Of a stretch of 30,869 nt of DNA, positions 24,240 through 30,869 are shown piece after piece. Below the pieces are notes generated by a model. That model saw nothing but the letters and a program-made list of their open reading frames with translations, did no database searches and was not told the origin of the DNA. Each line of letters starts with the position of its first letter. The first letter of the stretch is position 1. Source of the stretch: Thermoanaerobaculia bacterium (lineage in GTDB: Bacteria > Acidobacteriota > Thermoanaerobaculia > UBA5066 > Gp7-AA6); NCBI GenBank assembly GCA_035631095.1, contig DASQJK010000176.1, forward strand, positions 1 to 30,869. The letters run 5' to 3'. Made by a program: the position numbers and the translations under genes.

Positions 24240-25697
24240 TCAATCTTCCGAGAAGAAGACCGTCTTCGTTTCCGTGTAGTGCTCGAGCGCGGCGAGCCCG
24301 AGCTCGCGGCCGAGGCCGCTCTCCTTCACGCCGCCGAACGGCGCTTCCAGGAACACGCTGCGGCTGCTGTTGACGGAGAGGACCCCCGTCTCGAACGCGC
24401 GGGCGACGCGCATGGCCCGCCCGAGGTCCCGCGTATAGAGCGAGCCGGAGAGCCCGTAGCGGCTCGCGTTGGCGATCTCGACCGCGTCGGCCTCGTCGGA
24501 GAACGGGATCACCGAGACGACGGGGCCGAAGATCTCCTCGCGGGCGATCCGCATCGCGTTATCGACGTCGGCGAAGATCGCCGGCGCCAGGAACGACCCG
24601 TTGGCGAGCTTCGAGTCCGCGGGAGCCTCGCCGCCCGTCACGCGGCGCGCTCCCTCCGCGTCACCGATCGAGATCCATCCACGGACTTTTTCGCGGTGCG
24701 CGCGCGTGATGAGCGGCCCCATCTGCGTCTCCGGGGCGAGCGGGTCTCCGACGCGGATGGCCTTCGCCATGCGCTCGAGCTCGGCGACCACCCTGTCGTA
24801 GATCGGCCGCTGGACGAGGAAGCGCGACCGCGCACAGCAGTCCTGTCCCGCGTTGTCGAAGACGCTCCAGAGCGCCGACTCGAGGCACGTCGCGAGATCG
24901 GCGTCCTCGAAGATGAGGCACGCCGACTTTCCTCCGAGCTCCAGGGAGATCCGCTTGATCCCGTCGGCCGCGAGCCGCATCACGCTCTTGCCCGCTTCCG
25001 TCGATCCCGTGAAGGAGATCTTGCGGACGAGCGGATGCGACACGATGGCGGAGCCGACCGTCTCGCCGGGACCCGGCAGCACGTGGAAAGCCCCCGGGGG
25101 AACTCCGGACTCGAGCGCGAGCTCGCCGAGGCGCAGGGCGGAGAGCGGAGTGTCGCTCGCCGGCTTGACGATGACCGTATTGCCCATGGCGAGCGCAGGC
25201 GCGATCTTCCAGGTGGCGATCGCGAACGGGAAGTTCCACGGGACGATCAGGCCGCAGACCCCGAGCGGCTCGCGGAACGTGACGCTCGCTCCGCGCGCCG
25301 AGACGGGGATCGTGGAGCCGCCGAACTTCGTGACGGCGCCGGCATAGAACTCGAAGCAGTCGGCGCCCATGAGGACTTCTCCGCGCGCGGAGCCGATCGG
25401 CTTGCCGGTATTGCGGCTCTCGAGCAGCGCGAGAGCGTCCGCCTCTTCGCGGATCCGCGCGGCGAGCCGGAAGAGGATCGCGGCGCGGTCCTTCGGAGTG
25501 CGCCGCTTCCAGTCGCTTCGCCAGGCCGCGTCGGCGAGCCTGGCGGCGCGGTCCACGTCCTCCGGGGTCGCCTGCACCACGGAGGCGATCGGCTCCCCGT
25601 TCGCCGGATCGACGATGGAGCGCCGCTCCCCGCCTCCGCCGGCCGGGCGCTCTCCGCCGAGAAGGGGCGCGGTCTCAGGAACCGCCGCTGCGGACAT
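24240..25697 (-). CDS. Aldehyde dehydrogenase (gamma-glutamyl-aminoaldehyde/AldC-like; 485 aa)
   Basis: LIVPWNFP, FTGSTEAG, ELGGKS, AGQDC (catalytic Cys), EEIFGP, PFGGVKESG. Confidence 0.94.
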   Translation of the reverse strand: MSAAAVPETAPLLGGERPAGGGGERRSIVDPANGEPIASVVQATPEDVDRAARLADAAWRSDWKRRTPKDRAAILFRLAARIREEADALALLESRNTGKPIGSARGEVLMGADCFEFYAGAVTKFGGSTIPVSARGASVTFREPLGVCGLIVPWNFPFAIATWKIAPALAMGNTVIVKPASDTPLSALRLGELALESGVPPGAFHVLPGPGETVGSAIVSHPLVRKISFTGSTEAGKSVMRLAADGIKRISLELGGKSACLIFEDADLATCLESALWSVFDNAGQDCCARSRFLVQRPIYDRVVAELERMAKAIRVGDPLAPETQMGPLITRAHREKVRGWISIGDAEGARRVTGGEAPADSKLANGSFLAPAIFADVDNAMRIAREEIFGPVVSVIPFSDEADAVEIANASRYGLSGSLYTRDLGRAMRVARAFETGVLSVNSSRSVFLEAPFGGVKESGLGRELGLAALEHYTETKTVFFSED

Positions 25698-25700
25698 GCC

Positions 25701-25717
25701 CCGAAGAATATCTTCGG
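25701..25717. promoter_or_regulatory. Palindrome overlapping a -10 box (TATTCT, minus strand, 7 nt before ATG 25697); candidate operator
   Basis: CCGAAGA-ATA-TCTTCGG, perfect 7-bp arms; -10 at 25705-25710. Confidence 0.45.
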
Positions 25718-25737
25718 CCGGAGGCGGCGAGTGTCCG

Positions 25738-27012
25738 TTACAGGACCGGGCCGAGGCTTCGCGCCAGCGCGTCGCCCACCCTGTGCAGGAGGGGCCGCCG
25801 GGACCAGGCCTCTCGCGTCATTTCGACCGACTGGGCGAGATCGGTCTCGAATGCCCGGGCGAAGATCTGCCCGACCTCGCCGTCCAGAATCACGACGTTG
25901 CACTCCGCGTTGAAGTGGAAGGACCGGAAGTCGAGGTTGCTCGATCCCGTGAGGGACAGGAAGTCGTCCGCCACGGCGGTCTTGGCGTGCAAAACCGCCG
26001 TCTGGTACTCGAACACCCGCACGCCCCGCCGGAGAAGGCCCGCGTAGTGCCCGTGGCCGGCGTGCCGCACGATCGGAACGTCGCTTTTGCCGGGAAGAAG
26101 GATGCGGACGTCCACACCCCGTTCGGCCGCGAGCCCCAGGGCTTCGACCGCGCGACGCCGCGGCGCGAAGTACGCGTTGGTGATCCAGATTCGCTTCTTC
26201 GCCGCCGCGACCACCGCGGCGAACGCGGAAGCGATTTCCCCCGTTCCGCGGAACGGCCGGGAATCGAGGACCATCACCGATACCGGGCCGGTCTGAGGCT
26301 CCAGGGGTTCGAGGCCTATGGGAGAGCCTCCGGCGGCGTTCCATGCTTCGGTGAACACGATGGTCATTCCCCACGCCGCGGGCCCGTCGATCCTGACGTG
26401 CGTGTCCCGCCAGGGGCCGCCGTGCGCCGACGGCCCCGAGCCGTACTCGTCTCCGATGTTCATCCCTCCCGTGAAGGCGACCTCGTCGTCGATCACGAGG
26501 ATCTTCCGGTGGTCGCGGAACGGCTGCAGGAAGAGCTGGGGAAACAGCGGATTGAACAGTCGGACCTCGATCCCGCGTTCCCGCATCTCTTTCCAGAAAT
26601 CGCGGCGCGTCGCGATCGAACCGAAGGCGTCGGCGAGCACGCGAACGGATACCCCGCGGTCGACCGCCCGGCCGAGCGCCTCGAGCAGCGAACGTCCCGT
26701 GGCGTCGTCCTTGAAGATGTACGACTCGAGGAGCACCATGCGGCGCGCGTCGTCGATCGCCGCCCGCATCGCCTCGAAAGTCGCCGGCCCGTTGAAGAAC
26801 GCGGTGATCCGATTCCCCTCCAGCATCGGCGACTCGTCGATGCGCCGGAGCAGGATCGAGAACCCGGGGTCCCGAACGCCCTCCGCGAAACCGGCCGCGA
26901 GGCGGCCGACGTTCTGAACTCGCAATTCGGGAGGCAGCCTGCGGCCCGGCCGCGGCCTCAGCGTCGGCCGCCACAGCCTCCACTTCCGGCGTCTCCGGGA
27001 GCGGTCACGCAC
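25738..27012 (-). CDS. cls: Phospholipase D superfamily, cardiolipin synthase-like without N-terminal TM helices (ClsB-like; 424 aa; start uncertain)
   Basis: Two HKD motifs (HRKILVID..AFTGGMN; HAKTAVAD..GSSNLD.RS), WRDTH, ITNAYF.P. Confidence 0.88.
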   Translation of the reverse strand: MRDRSRRRRKWRLWRPTLRPRPGRRLPPELRVQNVGRLAAGFAEGVRDPGFSILLRRIDESPMLEGNRITAFFNGPATFEAMRAAIDDARRMVLLESYIFKDDATGRSLLEALGRAVDRGVSVRVLADAFGSIATRRDFWKEMRERGIEVRLFNPLFPQLFLQPFRDHRKILVIDDEVAFTGGMNIGDEYGSGPSAHGGPWRDTHVRIDGPAAWGMTIVFTEAWNAAGGSPIGLEPLEPQTGPVSVMVLDSRPFRGTGEIASAFAAVVAAAKKRIWITNAYFAPRRRAVEALGLAAERGVDVRILLPGKSDVPIVRHAGHGHYAGLLRRGVRVFEYQTAVLHAKTAVADDFLSLTGSSNLDFRSFHFNAECNVVILDGEVGQIFARAFETDLAQSVEMTREAWSRRPLLHRVGDALARSLGPVL

Positions 27013-27751
27013 TGCCCGCCTCCATCGCGCGCGCGCGGATGGCGCGCAGCCACATTCTCCGGATCAAGGCGCTGCCCGGATAGATGACCCGCCAGTAGGC
27101 CGCGAAGCGCCGCCGTCCCCGGGCGCCGTTCGCGAATACCCGTGTCTCGGTCGTCAGGATCGAGCCGCGATCCCCGTCGGGACGGACGAGAAAATTCATG
27201 GCCGCCAGTGTGAGCCCGGAAGGCGGGGCGAGAAAGAGCTCCGCCGCCGGTTTCGGTCGAGTTCCCGCGGGGGCGGCGATCACGGTGCCGACGACCAGCT
27301 CGCGCGGAGAGTCGTCGGCGAGAAGGACGAACGTGCTGTGGATCGCGACGTCGATGAGGGACTCGCGTCCTGCGGCGTCGAGAATGCCGGGCGCCCGGCT
27401 TCGCCCTCCGCGCCGGATCCAGGTCAGGGTGCGGAAGAGAAATATCTCGTCGGCGCGCACGCGGCGAATCGCCTCGAAGACCCGCTCGGGAGGCGCCGCA
27501 ATCCGGATCTCGTGCCGCTCCTGGAACTGCCAGACAGGCACGAAGCGGTCCAGGCGCGACTCGGCCGCGGAAACCCGTGTTTCCCGGGCGGGAAGAGAGG
27601 CGCCCGCGGCGGCGAGCAGGACCCCAACGGCGACGACGACCCCCGCCCCGCGTCTGGTCGAGATCCCGAGACTTCTCGCGGGCCGGATGAGGAGCACGAC
27701 GCCGATGGCGGCGGTGAGCAGTCCCGCGTAAACGACCGCGGCCCCCCTCAT
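27005..27751 (-). CDS. Hypothetical membrane-anchored protein (248 aa); soluble part possibly START/DUF2867-like
   Basis: GGAGG 5 nt before ATG 27751; two N-terminal hydrophobic segments, then LDRFVP.WQFQERHEI.I.APPERVF...TETRV...F..YW.VI.PGS. The fold is a guess. Confidence 0.75.
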   Translation of the reverse strand: MRGAAVVYAGLLTAAIGVVLLIRPARSLGISTRRGAGVVVAVGVLLAAAGASLPARETRVSAAESRLDRFVPVWQFQERHEIRIAAPPERVFEAIRRVRADEIFLFRTLTWIRRGGRSRAPGILDAAGRESLIDVAIHSTFVLLADDSPRELVVGTVIAAPAGTRPKPAAELFLAPPSGLTLAAMNFLVRPDGDRGSILTTETRVFANGARGRRRFAAYWRVIYPGSALIRRMWLRAIRARAMEAGSA

Positions 27752-27864
27752 CGAGCCCTCCCGCGTCGGAGACGTTTCCATCACTGTACATCGCGCGCCA
27801 TCCTCCGAAGTGGACTGGCCCCGCGCCGCGAGTGGACCTGGTTCTACCCGCAATAATCCCGGGA

Positions 27865-28581
27865 ATGAAGCTCCTCGGGATCATCGGCGGCATCGCGCCC
27901 GAATCGACCATCGAGTACTACCGCCTGATCATCGCCGCCTGGCGCCGCCGGCGGCCGGGCGAGGGTTACCCGGCTCTGCTGATCAACAGCATCGACGTCG
28001 AGCGCCTGCTCGCTTTGACCGGCGCCGGCGAGCTCGCCGCGCTGACTGCGTGGCTCGCCGAGGAGCTCGCTCGGCTCGAGCGAGCGGGCGCGCGCCTCGC
28101 TCTTCTCGCCGCCAATACTCCGCACATCGTCTTCGACGAGCTGCAGAGCCGATCGCCGATGCGGCTGATCAGCATCGTCGAAGCGGCAGCGGACTACGCC
28201 GCGGCGCAAGGGATGAGGAAGGTCGGACTCTTCGGAACGCGCTTCACGATGCGGGGCGGGTTCTACGAGCCGGCCTTTGCGCGAGCCGGGATCGAGATCG
28301 TCGTGCCCCGGGAGGAGGACGCCGATTTCATCCACGCAAAGTACGTCGGAGAGCTGATCCACGGCGTCTTCCGCGCCGAGACGCGGGAGGCCCTGCTCGC
28401 GATCATCGAGCGCATGCGGACCGGGTCGGCCATCGATGGAGTGGTCCTCGGCGGCACCGAGCTGCCGCTCGTTCTCCGAGGAGCCGAAAGCCCCGTTCCT
28501 CTCCTCGACACCGCTCGAATCCACGCCGAGCGGGCGGTCGACGAGATGCTCGGAGACGACCCGGAGGATGCCGGGAGCTAG
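27865..28581 (+). CDS. Aspartate/glutamate racemase family protein lacking both catalytic cysteines (238 aa)
   Basis: GIIGGIAPESTIEYY, AANTPH, GLFGTRFTM, LGGTELPL, DTARIH; no Cys in the translation. Confidence 0.9.
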   Translation: MKLLGIIGGIAPESTIEYYRLIIAAWRRRRPGEGYPALLINSIDVERLLALTGAGELAALTAWLAEELARLERAGARLALLAANTPHIVFDELQSRSPMRLISIVEAAADYAAAQGMRKVGLFGTRFTMRGGFYEPAFARAGIEIVVPREEDADFIHAKYVGELIHGVFRAETREALLAIIERMRTGSAIDGVVLGGTELPLVLRGAESPVPLLDTARIHAERAVDEMLGDDPEDAGS

Positions 28582-29096
28582 TCCGCGTGCCCCGCGAGCG
28601 TGTTCTCGTCCGCGCTCCTCCCGTAAACGGCCGGCACGGGGACGTCCAGGAGACGCAGGTACACCGTCAGCTGCCCACGATGGTGGTACCAGTGGTTCAG
28701 GAGCATCGTACGCAGGACCTGCAGACGGGGCATCGCGAAGACCTCACGCTCGCCGAAGCTCATCTTCCATGGCTGCTTCGCGGAGTCCTCGTCGAGCCTC
28801 GAGAGGATCTCGCGCGACTCGGCGAGGCTCGCATCGAGCGTCGCCGCGAAGTCCGTCTGTGCATCGGGCTGAGGAGGCTGACCGCTCGACTGAGACGCGT
28901 CGAAGCCGTCGCCCTGCGCGAGGCGGGAGATGTTGCCCGGGATACGCGCAACGTGGTTCGCGAGCTGCCCGAGGCTCATCGACTTGGAATGCGGCCTCCA
29001 TTCCAGCTTTTCGGCGGGAACACGCTCGAGGACCTTCCTGGTGGCGGGCGCCTCGCGATCGAGCTCGGCGAGAAGAGCGGCGGCGGGATTCGGCAT
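28578..29096 (-). CDS. DinB family protein (172 aa)
   Basis: WRPHSKSMSLGQLANHVA, NHWYHHRGQLTVYLRLLDVPVPAVYG.SADE; AAAGGAG SD. Confidence 0.9.
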   Translation of the reverse strand: MPNPAAALLAELDREAPATRKVLERVPAEKLEWRPHSKSMSLGQLANHVARIPGNISRLAQGDGFDASQSSGQPPQPDAQTDFAATLDASLAESREILSRLDEDSAKQPWKMSFGEREVFAMPRLQVLRTMLLNHWYHHRGQLTVYLRLLDVPVPAVYGRSADENTLAGHAD

Positions 29097-29119
29097 GACG
29101 GTCTCCTTTCGTTGCGGCG

Positions 29120-29164
29120 ACCCTATCGCTGTCACTTGCATTTTGCAAGTCACACGATTAACCT
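29120..29164. promoter_or_regulatory. Overlapping divergent sigma70 promoters built on one palindrome (candidate HxlR operator 29131-29153)
   Basis: ACTTGCA-TTT-TGCAAGT. Plus strand: TTGCAT(29136-41)-N17-TAACCT(29159-64)-N6-GTG. Minus strand: TTGCAA(29148-43)-N17-TAGGGT(29125-20). Confidence 0.75.
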
Positions 29165-29170
29165 CTTCCT

Positions 29171-29551
29171 GTGACTGCCTCCGCGCGCCTCCTGCCCCTC
29201 TCGGAACGGTCGAAGTGCCCGATCGCGAACGCGCTCGACGTCGTCGGTGATCGATGGACTCTCCTCGTCGTCCGCGACCTCCTTTTCTTCGGGAAGGTCC
29301 GCTACAAGGAGCTCGCGGCGTCGACGGAGCGGATCCCGACGAACCTGCTCGCCGACCGCCTCCGCCGGCTGGAGGCCGCAGGCATCGTCGAGAAGAAGGC
29401 GTACCAGAAACGGCCGGTTCGTTACGAGTACCGGTTGACCCCGCGTGGAAGCGACTTGCTGCCGCTGATGCGCGAAATGGTCACCTGGGCCAACCTGCAC
29501 ATCGCCGGCACGGCCCGGCCGCCCGCACGCTTTTACGAGGTCGGACGCTAG
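29171..29551 (+). CDS. HxlR-family winged-helix transcriptional regulator (126 aa)
   Basis: CPIANALDVVGDRWTLLVVRDL, LADRLRRLE..GIV, YEYRLTPRG.DL; N-terminal Cys as in redox-sensing members. Confidence 0.93.
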   Translation: MTASARLLPLSERSKCPIANALDVVGDRWTLLVVRDLLFFGKVRYKELAASTERIPTNLLADRLRRLEAAGIVEKKAYQKRPVRYEYRLTPRGSDLLPLMREMVTWANLHIAGTARPPARFYEVGR

Positions 29552-29559
29552 TCCGCCAC

Positions 29560-30111
29560 GTGCACTTCCGCCGGTCGATCCGAGGCGCCGACCGCCCTCG
29601 CCGGGCCGACGCCGACGGTCATCCACTCTGCCGCGAATGCGGCGGCGCCGTACGCCGTCCCCGCAGGACCTTCTGCTCGGAAGAGTGCGTCGATTCGCTG
29701 CGGGTGCGAACGTCTCCGAGCGCCGCGAGGGAGCGCGTCTTCGAGCGCGATCGCGGACGGTGCGCCGGGTGCGGGCGGGACACCGAGGACCTGCTCCGCC
29801 GCCTTCGCAACCTGCGGCGGCGCCGGCCACGGCCCGAGGTGATCGAGGAGGCGCGCGCGCTCGCTCTCGGGTTCGAGAGCGCCGTCGAGGTCTGCGGTGG
29901 GCGGACCGTCCTCCGGATCCGCAGAACGCTCTGGCAGGCGGACCACATCGTCCCGGTCGCGGAAGGCGGCGGAGGCTGCGGCCTCGAGAATCTGCGGACC
30001 CTCTGCCTTCCCTGCCACCGCATGGCGACGGCCGAGCTCGCGAGGCGCCTGACGCGGCTGCGCGGCGCCGCGCGCAACGAGGCGGTGGAGCTCTTCATCC
30101 GCGAGGACTGA
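29560..30111 (+). CDS. HNH endonuclease with Cys-rich N-terminal zinc-binding segments (about 183 aa)
   Basis: PLCREC, FCSEEC, RERVFERDRGRCAGC, WQADHIVPVAEGGG..GLENLRTLCLPCH. The GTG 29560 start is inferred as the first start codon after the HxlR stop. Confidence 0.88.
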   Translation: MHFRRSIRGADRPRRADADGHPLCRECGGAVRRPRRTFCSEECVDSLRVRTSPSAARERVFERDRGRCAGCGRDTEDLLRRLRNLRRRRPRPEVIEEARALALGFESAVEVCGGRTVLRIRRTLWQADHIVPVAEGGGGCGLENLRTLCLPCHRMATAELARRLTRLRGAARNEAVELFIRED

Positions 30112-30154
30112 TGCGCGGCCCGGAACCTCGAGATCCTCGGCGCGTATCCCGGGC

Positions 30155-30869
30155 ATGAGAGCGGCCGTTTTCGCCTGCGCTCTGGAACTGCTCGTCGCTC
30201 CCCCGGACGCTGGAGCGGCTCCCTCCCCGCCCCGGCTCGAGCTCGACCACGTCTGGATCATGGTCACTCCCCAGGCGCCCGAGCGAGAGGCGCTCGAGCG
30301 GATCGGACTTCGTGTGTCTCCGGACGTGAACCGGCACGAGGGTCAGGGCACGGCGTCGGTCATGGTGGAATTCCCGAACGCGTTCCTCGAGCTCATGTGG
30401 CCCGACGCCGGCGTATCGATCGCGCCCGGCTCCGAAAAAGCGGCAGAGAAATTCAGGAACCGCATGCGCTGGCGCGAGAGCGGCTGGTGCCCTGTCGGGA
30501 TCGGGCTGCGGAGGACCAAGTCGCCGGAGACACCTCTGCCTTTCCCGACCTGGTCGATTGCTCCCGCGTGGCTTCCCGCGGGAGCTTCGATCGAGATGCT
30601 CACGCCGCGCGAAGACACGAGGAGTCCCTCTCTCTTCATCAGCCCCCGCGATCCCGGCTCCGCGGAGAGCCCGGATCCCAACGCCGTGCATCTCGGGAAA
30701 GCCGAGTCCGACCCCGTGTTCCAGCACCCCAACCGAGCGCGCCGCCTCTCGCGGATCCGGCTGGCGATGCCGCCCGCCTACGTACCGATCGAGCCGCTCA
30801 AGTACCTCGAGGCGACGGGCGTCCTGTCGCTGTCCCGGGGGGATGCGTGGGGGGTGGAGCTCGTCCTGG
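30155..30869 (+). CDS. VOC/glyoxalase-like protein with possible signal peptide; runs off the window end
   Basis: Not in the ORF track; translated by hand as MRAAVFACALELLVAPPDAGAAPSPPRLELDHVWIMV...H.GQGTAS.MVEFPNAFLELMWP..., open to the end. LDHV and GQGT..F.N..LEL fit Glyoxalase_3-like proteins. Confidence 0.75.
   Translation, partial: MRAAVFACALELLVAPPDAGAAPSPPRLELDHVWIMVTPQAPEREALERIGLRVSPDVNRHEGQGTASVMVEFPNAFLELMWPDAGVSIAPGSEKAAEKFRNRMRWRESGWCPVGIGLRRTKSPETPLPFPTWSIAPAWLPAGASIEMLTPREDTRSPSLFISPRDPGSAESPDPNAVHLGKAESDPVFQHPNRARRLSRIRLAMPPAYVPIEPLKYLEATGVLSLSRGDAWGVELVL

Noticed and set aside
29560-30111. HNH gene as a mobile homing endonuclease or anti-phage defence island
   Set aside because: No intron/intein, methyltransferase partner, integrase, att-like repeats or visible compositional shift in the window.

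Overview
High-GC bacterial chromosomal window carrying about 34 densely packed CDSs, two of them cut by the window ends. An Acidobacteriota origin is inferred from the ADOP-type duplicated permease and the style of the secreted proteins. I saw no rRNA, tRNA, CRISPR array, transposase, integrase or phage genes. Contents: an ADOP ABC permease; two aldehyde dehydrogenases; ogt; three DinB-superfamily proteins; a beta/gamma-crystallin protein; a LuxR-TPR regulator with a cupin and a methyltransferase; an RND efflux pair; a GlnA4-like gamma-glutamylation cluster behind a phospholipase D/cardiolipin synthase; a racemase-family protein; an HxlR/DinB divergent pair; and an HNH nuclease. I cannot show a new multi-gene system. 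The strongest unexplained signals are: (1) three or four sigma54-type -24/-12 promoters sharing a TTGCTC tail, each directly before a small exported protein; (2) repeated TAnnnT boxes 6-8 nt before SD-less start codons, suggesting leaderless mRNAs; (3) an Asp/Glu racemase homologue with no cysteine at all; (4) a stand-alone HNH protein resembling the ZRANB3 endonuclease domain; (5) a hairpin-rich 500 bp intergenic region. All family calls come from motif recognition by eye, not database searches.
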